Of a stretch of 64,000 nt of DNA, positions 12,590-25,556 are shown in pieces. Source of the stretch: Chrysomallon squamiferum (Eukaryota > Animalia > Mollusca). The stretch is from contig CM022677.1 in the NCBI GenBank assembly GCA_012295275.1, positions 9,982,001 through 10,046,000 on the forward strand, written 5' to 3'. The notes under the pieces are model-generated. The model was not told where the DNA came from. It ran no database searches and worked only from the letters and a program-made list of their open reading frames with translations. The position numbers and the translations under genes are program-made. Position 1 is the first letter of the stretch. Every line of letters begins with the position of its first letter.

Positions 12590-15500
12590 TTTGGCTGGCG
12601 ACGTCGTAATAATATATGAAAACAAAAAAGAAAGAATAAAAAAATATAAAAAATAGTACGAAACGGGTATGAAGACGCGCCCACACTCACACAAATGTTA
12701 CGACCATTGCAGCAATTACTTCTCAATACTAGGCATCTGTGTATAAGCGGCATTGGTTATATGATATATTTCCCCAAATTAATTTTAATAATCCATGTAG
12801 AACTGATTGCATTATGAAGGAATACATGTTTAAAATTTTGTAAATACTGATCGGCGTTCGACACTTCCATCTTGGATTTCGATCTGCAGTTTCCGTGCGC
12901 GCTCGGTGTATTTTGTGCCGTTACGAGTAATCGTTCCTGATGGTACCATAAGTATTCTACTCGAAATTGTTAGTCGAATTTGAAATATTTTGACGGTCTG
13001 ACTTCGCTTTTATTTTTTTTTTGGGGGGGAACTTTTATTATTAAATAGCTTTCAAATAATATCAAGTATGGTGTACTGCATATGTGCAAATATACAAAAC
13101 ATTTCAAATAAAAATAATTTGTAAATAAATTCATTATATTTAAAGAGATAAATCGAAAACAAAAAAGCTAAATTAAATGAAAAAAAATGAAACTGGCATT
13201 TTACAATAATTATATGAATAACAATAACACATTAAATAAATCAAAAATAAAGTAAACTGGTGATTTAAAAGGCAAAGAAGACGCAGGGAATGTTAATATG
13301 CTGGTCCTGTTTGCTACAGAATATGCAGAATTAGTTCTTTTCATCTAAAAGCAGCAAATCTAAATTACCGTCAGCTCGCATATGCGGAGAATTCCATTTT
13401 AGCAATTTGTGGTCTACGGGAAATAACTCTATTTAACAAATTGGTAAATATACAAAAAAGACTGAGTATTTAGTAAACTATTAAAAAAATGAAATCAAAG
13501 AGAATTTTTTTTTTTTTTCAATAAATGAGAAAGACTCAGAAGAGACGAAAGATTTTTTGTGACATCTTAAGTCAGCTGAATAAAGATCATTCACTGAATT
13601 TACTAAATTCACTAAGATGTTTTTCTTTAAACCTATATATTATTTATTATTTCTGTTTTATATAACTGTTTCTTTACAATAAATATAAATACTCATTTTA
13701 TTTCCTTTCTTACTCTTTTCTTTTTCCCTTATGTTACGGAATTTAGACTGCATAACAAATAGTTACTTCAAATCACACCTCTTTATTTTGTTTGCTATGA
13801 AATTCAAATTGTGTAACTTATTGTAACTACAGTCACATCCGTTCTTTTAAATGGGTTCCGCTAATTTTTCAACTCCATGGCGTTGTTATAAAAGGGCTGG
13901 CATTTGGTAATTAAACCGGAACAAACGAAATTCTGTCCATCGCAGCCAAACATTACGACAAACAGTGGCAAAACGAATGGAACAACACCTAAAACAAATG
14001 GCACTTGAGCATCAAACCACTCATCGAAACACCCAGAATCACACTCGCCAACAAACTACACAAAGTCAGAATTGGTTACTCGACCAACTTAAATGCAATC
14101 TGATACAAATATCACAACACCACATCACCCAACTGCAACTGTCTCTCCGAAACCATGAAACACTACTTGTTTCACTGTCAAAATTTCGCCAAGGAAAGAC
14201 AAGCACTACGCAATACATTGGAGGAACTAAAAATCGAGTTCACGCTCCAAAACATCTTGGCACCAAACACGAAATACAACAATTAAATGAAACAAACAAC
14301 AATTGAATGAATTTATTGACTTACAGATTGATCGGTTGAACAGCTGATTGATCTATGGATGTATTGGCTGACTGACGGATCAGTTTGAATAGTTAATTAA
14401 ATTAATAATTAAAAACAAAAATATACGTACCTACATACTAACTTGGTTATGGATTTTAAAAAATGTACATAATAAATGTAAATAAGTTAACTACGTTTAT
14501 GTTCTTATTCTTTTTAGTTGCAGGTGTTTCTAGCATCTTTTAAATCAATGAAAAGACCATCGGGGAAAAAAAAAAAAAAAAAAAAAAAAAATAGTTTAGA
14601 ATTGTTGGACCAGAGGGAAGCAGCGAAAAAGAACAAGGAGACATCATCAGCAGCCGAGAACAGAACAAACAAACAGACACAACCAACACAGACCCAGTGA
14701 CGAATACGAGACCTTCAACGAGCTAGACAAGTGCCGGAAACAACAAGGCGCAGAAAACATCAACGAAACATCACAACCGATTCGTTACGATCTGATATGT
14801 TGGACATTCCCTTGTGCCCTGTTATCGTAACGAGAACCCACTCTCTTTCCTTACCCAAAACTCTTTTCTGCAACGGACACACCCGCTAACCTGTCAGTTT
14901 CCAGTATGTAAAAGGAGAGAAGGAAACTGACAAGTCGAGACATGTCAGGCGGGGAAAGCAAGGTTTTTGAATGACATTGTCTTTACTGAGGAGTATGGTA
15001 AGCAGTTGTCTATTCTTATTTTGATAAGGTGTAACATTTATTATACTTAAAATTTTAATGTTTTAATCTGCAGATTCTTATTTTGTCTTGGTTCCCCGAA
15101 TGACCTTACTCGTATCATTAATCAAAATTAATTAAACATATGTTTTACGATTGTATAATGTATTATTATGAAGTCACCTGTATATAATAATTAAATAATT
15201 AACGTGAACCGTAGCTGGTGTTGTGATTATTTCTGTCAGTTTAGCGTTTAGATTCCTTGTTAGCGGCCATTAAAGCCCTTTTTTCCCTAGACTGAGTTTT
15301 AATAAAACATCCAAGATGTTTAAAGATTTGAGCCCCATGACACCTTGTTTCAGTATTCTTTATTAATTATTATTTTATCATTTTAATTAGTATTATTGTA
15401 GTTGTTGTCGTTTTTATCGTTAATGTCGTTATGTCAGATATTATTACTGTCATCATTATAAACAAAGAAACAATTATCAATGGATAAATAGACAGATTAG

Positions 15501-16210
15501 ATAGACACACACACATACAAACACATACATAGAAAATAAAGTCTGGTATATATGTTTGCGTTACAGGATATTTATATATATAAGTTGATATCAATGATAC
15601 GATGTTTAGGTATGTAATTAAATAATACACAGATAGATACACTGAAGATAGCTAGGGATGGATATAGCGACAGATAGGCATTTGACATTTCATAGTCAAA
15701 TGAACTTGTAAGAAAATGTTTGTACATGCATTATAATATAATATCATATTAACCTCGCTTTTAACATCTTTTCTTTTATTGGACATTTTAATTACTCATT
15801 TCAGTTTAGATTTTTTTTCTATCCATCTACCTGTCTGTCTATCTATCTACCTCTCTGTCTGACTCTCAGATTGGAGAGATAAATGTAGGTGCAATTATAA
15901 TTTAAGTAAATTTGTTATAAACACTGCAGAAAACACTGATAATAAAGCAGCGATGATATTTCATCTCACTAGGAGAGATTCTGTATATGCTGAAAATACT
16001 GAAAGATCTTCGAGATTAATATTAATAAATTTATTTATTTATTTGTTTTTATTTTTATGGGTTTTTTATTTTGTAAATTAAGTTAATTTGCGTTTTATCT
16101 CATAGAAAACTAAGCTTATCCCTGTAAACTGCAACTGAAATGTCTTGTTTTTCAGTGACGAACAAAAATGTTCTTGTTCAAGTAAATATAAGTCAGTTTT
16201 CAACATCCTT
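12446..16210 (-). repeat. Recurrent multi-kb module, copy 2 (inverted, interrupted by a solo LTR)
   Basis: 12694-12857 matches rc of 1860-2023. 12446-12694 matches rc of 62710-62963. 13200-13731 and 15343-15920 match rc of 556-1660. 15960-16210 matches rc of 61685-61915. Confidence 0.88.
13732..15342. mobile_element. Solo LTR-like insertion (1611 bp, TG...CA, 5-bp TSD)
   Basis: Ends are TGTTACGG...CCATGACA (6/8 inverted). Flanks are CCTTA (13727-13731) and CCTTG (15343-15347). AATAAA lies at 15301. The uninterrupted empty site is in the paralogous module at ~1085-1110 (rc ctcccttgtttcagta). Confidence 0.85.
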
Positions 16211-16329
16211 CTCACGTTTTATTTCTCTCCAGATTATTCCTAGTTGAACATTAATTGTATAATTATGAATTTAATTTCAACAGTGGATAATAGAATATTA
16301 CTTGCTTGACTGAAAAAACAATACCTCTA

Positions 16330-17010
16330 TTTTTCAATACACTGTGTGTGTAATACATAATATTACCGCTACGCCTCTGTTAACAACATAAAACATGTAA
16401 CATAAATAGTGATGGCAGTTCTGTATTTTGAGTATTTACTGAAACAAGAAGCTTTGACGTACAGTGAAGTTTTCATAACGCCGTGTAAAATTACTCTTAC
16501 GTAGCTTTTCAGTGAAATGTGTTGTGATCTTAGTAAAATGAAACATGTCTGATGTGATAAAATGTCACTGAGGAGGTCTCGATATTTTTGGATTTTTATA
16601 ATTCTACTGTTATTTATAAAAACACGCTAACCTGGAACCCCAATCTGCATTTCTGAATGTACACAGTAATGTTTACTATAATGCTGCAGTATAAACATAA
16701 AAAGGACAACACACAACAACAACAACAACAATAGTAATATAAAGAAAAGAACATGTTAATCTTTATTCGATTTCTTTACTTCTCTATCCATAAGACTTTA
16801 AAAGTTGACATCACTACAGGTCTGGATGTCAGTATATTTTTATGACGTAGCTCTAGGTTCACACATACAAATAACCTGGAGATATCCACTTTTCAGTCCT
16901 CTTTATAGAGAAATAGAATATGATGTTGTATTTTTGTATTTATTTATATTTTTGTTTACATAAAACTAAAAAGGTGAAAATGAGCGAGACATTTATTTTA
17001 ATAATAATAA

Positions 17011-17041
<31 letters not shown>

Positions 17042-17575
17042 GCATCGTATAATAAAAAAAAATTATGGCGTACATTTATTATAATTTATTATGTACTTCA
17101 GAGGTGTATAAATATAAAATGTCACATTATTATACAGTTAAAAGAAAATCTCTAAAACTGTGAATTAAACAAAACTAAACAAAACAAAAAAAAAAAAAAG
17201 AAAGAAAAAAGAAACATAATATACTGTAGGGAAATAGAGAGTTATGTACACTTTTTTCAACAGTAGCTGAAGAGTTGATACTTGGCTTTTATTCTACTGG
17301 AATAATTTAGAAACTGAGAAATATACTTAATATTACCGCTACGCCTCTGTTAACAAACATAAAACATGTAACATAAATAGTGATGGCGGTTCTTATTTTC
17401 ATGACGCCGTGTAAAATGACACTACTTAGCTTTTCAGTGAAACAAATTCTCTTAATAAAATGTCACATTAGTATGGAAGCGTTCTTGACATTTTGGATTT
17501 TACATATAATTCTACCGTTGTTTATAAAAACATGCTAACACGAAACCCCAATCTACATTTCTGAATGCACACAGT
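16330..17575 (+). repeat. Two direct copies of a ~250-330 bp module (16330-16665, 17325-17575)
   Basis: tattaccgctacgcctctgttaacaa(a)cataaaacatgtaacataaatagtgatggc occurs at 16361 and 17331, with colinear downstream matches. An inverted copy lies at 40385-40612. Confidence 0.85.
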
Positions 17576-18469
17576 TTTCTCAGTAAAATCCTACAGTATT
17601 ATTTTATGTATCAGTTTAATTAGTATTATTTTAGTTTTTGTTAAGTTTAAAAAAATAAATAAATAAATAAATAAATAAATAAATATAATTTCAATTTTAA
17701 TACCAACTACACAATTTAAATAGTTGATGCTGGATATTTCTATCGTATTACACATATTATGTAGTTGGGAAGGCGCCAGGTGAGATTGTATTGATAACTG
17801 GAGGAGAAACATTATTATTTATTTGATAGTAAAGACATTGTTATGTTTTAATAGGATGAAACAAATGATATATTTAGTCTAGCTAACTAAAAATATCCTC
17901 ATATCTCAATTAAATTCTTAGATTCTCAAATAGTGTAATTTATCATGTGTTTATTTCTGAATTTACAAGTCGAGCGCTGTAAAATGCCACTATAAAATAA
18001 AAGGTCACATCCAGATTAAAGTGATATTTGATTAACAACAGAACAGATTACACTAAAAAGGCTCTGCATGATGCTGAAAACTGAGCTTTTACTTTATAAG
18101 AATCCATTCATTTTTGTTGATAAGTTGATGATAAGGTATAATATTAGTTGTCAACATGAGCGCAGTTTTCACAGGAAATTTGAAACTGAACGGCCACATT
18201 TACTGTTGTTAAGATTATTCTTGAAAAGCCGATGATATTCATTTAGCCGTACCCAAGATTATACTGACAATTTTTTATATAGTATCAATATTTATTACGA
18301 TGCAAAAGAGAGGTAAATCTTAATAAAATATCGATGTAAACAGTGGTTCTTTTACTCTGAGGGAATGTAATTTCCGTCTCAGTCTCAATTTAATCGTATA
18401 AGCTGCACAGCTGATAGTAAATTCCGTCCAGTAGTCTCAAATTAGCTTGAGAAATCTATGCTCACCCAA

Positions 18470-18690
18470 ATTAAATATATTGTCCAGCAGCGCAGTTTAT
18501 AAAGCAAAATGTAGAATCAGGAAAAATAATATATTTTATGTTCATTTCAAAAATCTTCACCTTTTCCTGTATTTTTTATTTAATAGTGTCTTCGCCTAGG
18601 AAACTTGATTTACGTGGTAGACTGTAAAACCGATGACGTAATCGAGACCTCGTGTGACACTTTGCGTCTGCTACAAATAATATCGAATGA
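18470..18690 (-). repeat. Segment inverted-repeated at 61400-61590
   Basis: gatgacgtaatcgagacctcgtgtgacactttgcgtctgctacaaata (18632-18679) matches rc of 61413-61459. Confidence 0.8.
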
Positions 18691-20954
18691 TAATTTTAAA
18701 TAAGAAATATTTACTTGTTGACAGTACTATACAAAACCAAAGCAGATATCATACGATGAAACCTACAGAACCCTCAGTGATAGATCTAGGGTCCTGTAAA
18801 ATGTACATTAATTTTTATTTTCATAAATAATAGAAAATAATTTATTAACATTGCAAAAGTAATTTAAAATAATTAATTTTAAAATGAACATTGAAACAAT
18901 AAGTTTTATAGGAGATACACAAAAAGTATATACATTATTAGGGAGATGTAAAAAAAGAAATTGTTAAAGCTGTGTAGAATGTATGGATTGGTAGAGAAAC
19001 AGATGAACAGATGTGGGTATATGTATGAGTGTGCGTGTGTGTGTGTGTGTGCAGAAGGATGAGTTGGTACGAACATGTTATCTGTGAGAAAGAGTTAATG
19101 TGATTGTTGTCAAATAACTGCTGTATGTGAAAGACAGTGTCCTTGTTTATGGATAAATAAATACAAGTTCCAAGTGTTTTCATTGTTTCATCTTTTCAAA
19201 AAATGAACCGAAAAATGATATAAAAATAGAGATAAAAAACAGAATTATTAATTGGATTATTTTAATGATTTATTATTATATTATTGTCCTGATTTTAAAT
19301 TAATGTATTAACGTTAAAAGATATCTGCAAAATTAATCACATTAATAAGTAATTTTAGCCAAGTATTTTAAAACAGATTTGCAGTAATTTGTATTTAAAA
19401 ATAAAAAAATGAAATTATGTATGTCTATAATACTAATATTAATACTACTACTACTACTACTACTACTACTAATACTACTAATATTCAACTGATAATAATA
19501 ATAAAATTTAAAAGATATAAAATTTAATTTGCTTGATTATGGCTTCAATATGACAGTCTATGACATCAAATAAAAGTTAAATGGGTTCATAATACATCTT
19601 AAAGGCATATGTCACTATAATTCATTATTATAATGTGAATTTAGAAAAGTGGGGTTTAGTTTTATGTTATAATGCATTATAATTATATTTCACATTTAAC
19701 AAACTTCATTTTGATTAGTAACATCGTGCAGAGTGATCTTGACTGCTCAAGATGTATAGTGTATATGTTGTATAAAATTGTATTGTTTTTACTCAAGGTA
19801 AATAACTTTAACGTCTTTGTAAATATACAAAAAAGACTGAGTGTGGGGGGAGAGAGAATAAGAAGTATATATATATATATAAATAATGATTATGTCAGAT
19901 TATCTTTTGCTAGTTGACAAACAAATACAGAAGACATTGATCCATATATACATAATAAAAATAATAACATACAAAGACTATGCTTTATTTTTTATATTTT
20001 TTTTAAATTAAATAACATTTTTAATATTAAATAACTGAAACAATTTCAGAAATATTTTCTATTTTCATTATTGTTTTTAAATAAGATGCAATGTGTTTGA
20101 TTTTCTATTAAGAACAAATAATGTTTTTTTTTATTAAAAATATTTGTACTGACATATTATGTAACATAACCTGGCTATATTTTATTGTTGATCAAAAACA
20201 CCAAAATTTGCTAAAATTATTTAAAGTATGAATTTGCATAATCTTACAATATCTCTCTTAGAATAAAATAATGAAAATTTGAATCTGAAAGCTGGATAAT
20301 ATTTACTATAATTCTTAAAAGCGAAGACTGTAAGTGACTATTTGAATTACTTTGTTGTCATATGCATTTCTGAACCTTTTTACCAGATTTCCTTACTGTT
20401 GCTTAAGTAAACAATTTTCTTTCTGCAGATGATAACTTGTGCAGTTCAACTGCTAGTGATGTCTCCCAATTACACTATAACAAAATATGAGGTGCTAACA
20501 AACCAGCTTAAATTTTCATTCACCTTGGAAACATTAAATACCATTTTGTACTTCATTTTTTAAAGTGATAATTTTTATTTTAATTGATATATATTATTTA
20601 TTTATATATTTATTATTTTCATTTTTTTTTTTCATCAGCTTTTTAATTGAATTAAACAGAAAATACAGATTATAAAAAATTGGAAGATATTTCCATTTGT
20701 ACATTTTTGAACTAATGTTTTGAATTTTTCCAAAATGTAAAGGGCAAGTTATAAAATATTCAGAAAAATTTCATTTATGTACATTTTTTTTTCATATTAT
20801 TTTATTTTATTTTTTATTGTTTCTAAATTATTATTTATTATTTTTAAAGATTCGTTATTGAAATAATTCTATTATTCTTACTAAACTGGGAAGGCAAATT
20901 ATAAAAGCTGGCAGAAATGTCTAAACAGAAATAATATTCAGTTATATTTATATT

Positions 20955-21780
20955 AATTAACCTAACAAACCCTAGATTTCCCCTGATTTAAATAATATAT
21001 ATAAAAAAAAATGATTTTTATTTTTCACCCTTAATTACACAATCTTTGAAATATGTACACGATTACATAATTTTATTTACACTAATTACCCCAACCAACC
21101 CTTGATTTTTCCTCTGATTTAAATTATATAAAGGAAAAAAAAAAGGATTTTTCTTTTTTTTTTCCTAAAAATTCTAATCCCTAATTACACAAATTTAGAA
21201 ATATGTAAGCAATGATTACCCTCAGCAAACCACTGTTTTTCCCTGCTTTAAAGAAAACTTTTTTCTTTTTCTGTGGGATTTTTTAATAAAAAATTCTAAT
21301 TACCGCTAATTACATAATTAAAATATATTTACACTAATTACCCCAACCCTTGATTTTCCACTGATTTAAATAATATAAAAAAGAAAAATTATTTTTAAAG
21401 TTTGTTTTTTTTTTGATAAAAATTTCTAATTACATAATCTTCAATTATATTTATGTTGATTACCCCCAGCAAACCCTTGGTTTTCCCCAGATTTAAATAA
21501 CATTAAAAAGATAAAAGTTTTTTGTTTGGTTTTTTTATAAAAAACTGTAATTATCCCTAATTACATAATCTTCAATGATATTTACATTGATTACCCCCAG
21601 CAAGCCCTTGATTTCTCCTGATTTCAATAATAATAATAAAAAAGAAAGAAGAAATGTTTTGTGTTGTTGTTTTTTTTTCATAAAAAATTCTAATTACTGC
21701 TAATTGTAACATTTTAAATATATTTAAACACTGACTACACCCTGCAAAACCCTGATTTCCCCCTGATTTAAATAATATAA
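20955..21780. repeat. Minisatellite, ~125-130 bp unit, about 7 diverged copies
   Basis: The core ttaccccc(agc)aaacccttg(a/g)tttt(c)ccctgatttaaataatata recurs at ~20958, 21086, 21215, 21338, 21460, 21591 and 21735. Confidence 0.85.
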
Positions 21781-23689
21781 AAGTTAGATTATTATAAAAA
21801 TTAATACCTCCATGCATTTACTGAATGTATTTACAAAAATTCCATAGCAGTGATGAATCTCCATTCCTCTTTCAGTGAGAAAAGTTAGAATAACCAAGCA
21901 CACATCAAAGATAAAAACAGTGCAAGCTGCTGTGAAGTACAATGTGTACACTGGATATTCTGATCACATTGACATTGCAGTCTCTTGGAGATCACTGAGT
22001 TTTCAAAATTCAAATTACATTTCAGACAGATTTTCTCTTGAAAGTGTTGAGCTTTCTCTGGACAGGGAAGACTGATGTAATACCATTCTGGTGCTTTAGT
22101 TAACCTTTTCTGAAAATGGGTCTTACAACATTTTTGACTGAAGTGCTGGCTAGGCTAAGGCAACTTGAATCTGTTGTCTAGGATCCTACAACAAAATGTA
22201 ATATTCAATAATAAACTAAACATAAAATAAAGTGCAAGCAGTATTTTTGTTGTATTCTTATTTTCAATCAGTTTAATTTTATGTTTTGACTTTGACATAA
22301 AAGCATTAAAAGAGCAATATATCAGTAAGAGAGATTACAAAAATATGTTTTAATATATTTGAATATTTCTATCAACTTGCTAAAATGCGATATTTACACT
22401 GTTTTAATCTTTTAGTCCAGTTTACGATGACTGCCAGGAATATTAAATAAATAAACATTTTAAACCTATATACTGATTCTACTTGAAATACTAACACGCT
22501 AACATGATGAAAATACATTTGAGATTATTCTTATGATCTTTAATTAATGTTTAACAATCGTTATAGATACATCATTTACAATAAATTATTTGATTATTAA
22601 AATAGTTAATTGTAACATTTTTTCCTGCAACTTTAATATAAGTAAATTTTTGCCAATTTTTTCAGATTAGAGTGAGATATTACTAACAGCAAATTACAAA
22701 CGTTCTGTTCACTAGTCTATTAGGCTGTCATGCAAATTATTACAAGGTTTGTTGCATAAATCATTATTAAACTAATTCTAAACTATCTGAAGTAAACATC
22801 ATTTATGAGACATTTATATAAAATTTTCAATTCTATTCTGTGCATAAAAATTAATTTTACTATTTTTAATTAAATCCATTCTTAATCAAATGAGCTATAA
22901 AACACAAAAGTGAATGAATAAAACATACCTTTATAGGACATTCAATCTACACACAGACAAGGATATTTTAGATCCTGGACCAAAAAAAAGAAAATTAAAC
23001 TCATTCTTAATTAAAAAATAAATAAAACAATAGTTATATAGATTATATTTTTAATTATCCCCCCCCAAAAAAAACACACACACACAAACTACTACAACTT
23101 AAAAACAACAAATAATAGAACTTTCACTAATATAAAAATGCATTTTAAACCCCAACACAATAATTAAGTAGCATTATAATTAATATGAACAATATATGAA
23201 TAAATTCTTAAGAGCTTTTAATTCAGCAACAAATAATTTACATTTTTTTTCTTACAAAAAATCAGAATTAACAGGCTTTTTCATCAATGTATATCTGATT
23301 AGGGGTAACAATAAAAAATAAAAAATAAAAAATGCTAGTAATGACAAAAATAATTATTTTTTACCTTAATTTTTATACAAATATCATTATCATCTTTGTC
23401 AGTTAAAGAGGTGACACATGTGAAAGGAAAAAGAAAAGACAGTGTTAACTTACTTGGTCTCTTCAAATTCTGTTTGATCTTTTTTGTGTGTTGTTTAATG
23501 TTCCCAACACGAGTAAGCATTACTTCCCACTAACACATGCATGGAAATGAAAGTCATGTCTCTCATCTCTCTGTGAAAATATATAATGTTTATTAGTATT
23601 AAAGGTATTTTATCTGTTTTTATCAATGTAAATTATTTCTAAATATACGCAAGTATGCAACATAAAATACAAAAGGTAAAAAGAGAAAA

Positions 23690-25556
23690 AAAATAAGAGT
23701 AACTGGAGAAAGTGAACAGAAAATAAGGGTAAGCAGCAGCCAAGCTGGTCAAGAAGTCGCTATTACAAGGATGTCAAATACACAGAATAACGAGATGTTC
23801 ATCTGCACCATTTTATCAGTCAACACCAGTTCAACAGTCTCAGCAGTCACAGTATGGACAACACAGACAAACCTAATGATACTTTGACTAGAAAGTTAGA
23901 TATACTGTATGATAAACTGGAAAAATTGGACATGATAACTGTACAAGACATCAGTGGTGAAATGCTTGATATTTAGAAAAAAGTACAAGATATGAATTAC
24001 ATTCACTAACAGTTTGAAAGGAATAAAAAAATCTCTGAGATTTAAATCTGTTTTGTCAGATATGAACAGTTCTACTCATGAAATGAGAGATAATAATAAC
24101 AGAATGAAACAAAAATATGTGAATTAAAAACTGGGTTTGGAAACTTAAGAGAAAAATACCTACAAACTCACTTCATGGTGACATTTTAATCTTTAGTGGG
24201 ATACCAGAGAAAGATGAAGAGGACACAGCTGATGAGTTGAAAAGGTTTATAAAAAAAATGAGATGAAAGTAGAAAATAATACTGACTTTCACAGACTGAA
24301 TCAAATGGGTGAGAAGTTCAATGGATATATAAGGCCTATTGTTGCTAAATTCATTTTATATAAAGACAGAGAACTAGTGAAAAGAGCTGCACCCAAAACA
24401 CTAATAAACAAGCCATACAGTTAATGAACAATTCCTGATAGAAATTAATGACAGGAGAAAATTACTATATCCACATTACAAAACAGCAAAAAGGCAAGGG
24501 AAAAGCATGGCTTTAAATGGTGATAAACTGTATATTGAGGTCAGGCTGTTTACACTGGGAGAGGACGGGCCAGAAGCCAGTAACACAAACATAACAACTC
24601 AGTCAACAGAAACAAGTCAACAGAGATCACACAACACAAACGTAACAACTCAGTCAACAGAAACAAGACAACAGAGATCACACAACACAAACATAACAAC
24701 TCAGCCAACAAAAACAAGACAACAGAGATCACACAACACAAACATAACAACTCAGTCAACAGAAACAAGACAACAGAGATCACACAACACAAACATAACA
24801 ACTCAGTCAACAGAAACAAGACAACAGAGATCACACAACACAAACATAACAACTCAGTCAACAGAAACAAGACAACAGAGATCACACAACACAAACATAA
24901 CAACTCAGTCAACAGAAACAAGACAACAGAGATCACACAACACAAACCAAACTCTGACTGAGACAAGTCAGTTCACTCAGTGCAATAGGAAATTGGCGGA
25001 GGACAAGTTTTACCAAGTGAAAACAGTGTTAGGCAAATGTCAGAAAACTCTCTCAGTTGTAAAAAATAACCCAAACAAAAATCATAAAGAAGTAAGCCCT
25101 TAAGTTTTAAAAGTAATAGAGATTAAGGTTTGGTAAGTGTGAGGTTTGGTAAGTAAGCTCAGATATACTATATTTCTTATATTTGTTATAAAACAAAGTT
25201 TCTTTATCTCATTGTAAATCTAGGGGTGTAGTTGTATATATAAAAAAGTATCTACTAAAACAAATAAGTATTATCGAAGCACAGTATAAATGTATTATGT
25301 GGCTGGGCACAGAAGGCGGGGGTTTTACATATTTTAATTGGTATTGTACATATTCCACCAGTGAATTCATATTATTCATCATCTGATGCTTTTGACCAGC
25401 TTCATATTGGTCATTTGTGAATAAGTGTAATATGATCTGTCTTATTGGTGACTTCAACAGTAGAACAGCTGATGATAATGGTTTTATTATTATGGAAGAA
25501 AAAGAATATAGTTTAATCGCTGATGATGTATTTGAACTTGAGAGGTTAAATATAGT
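23690..25556 (+). mobile_element. 5' part of a decayed non-LTR retrotransposon (CR1/L2-like): ORF1 plus start of the AP endonuclease
   Basis: ORF1 RRM-like remnant at 24185-24555: IFSGIPEKDEEDT, RPIVAKFILYKDRELVK, NEQFLIEINDRRKLLYPHYKTAKRQGKSMALNGDKLYI. Endonuclease motif ICLIGDFNSRT at 25435-25467. Confidence 0.85.
24582..24947 (+). repeat. 51-bp tandem repeat, 7.2 near-identical copies
   Basis: Unit aacacaaacataacaactcagtcaacagaaacaagacaacagagatcacac, reading NTNITTQSTETRQQRSH in frame with the ORF1 C-terminus. Confidence 0.95.

Noticed and set aside
13965-14306. 113-aa Gln/His/Thr-rich ORF
   Set aside because: It lies inside the solo LTR, has no recognisable domain, and reflects A/C-rich composition.
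24582-24947. CRISPR-like regular array
   Set aside because: No unique spacers; a head-to-tail tandem repeat in eukaryotic DNA.
24550-24966. Hydrophobic Cys/Leu repeat ORF on the minus strand
   Set aside because: Antisense shadow of the 51-bp tandem repeat.
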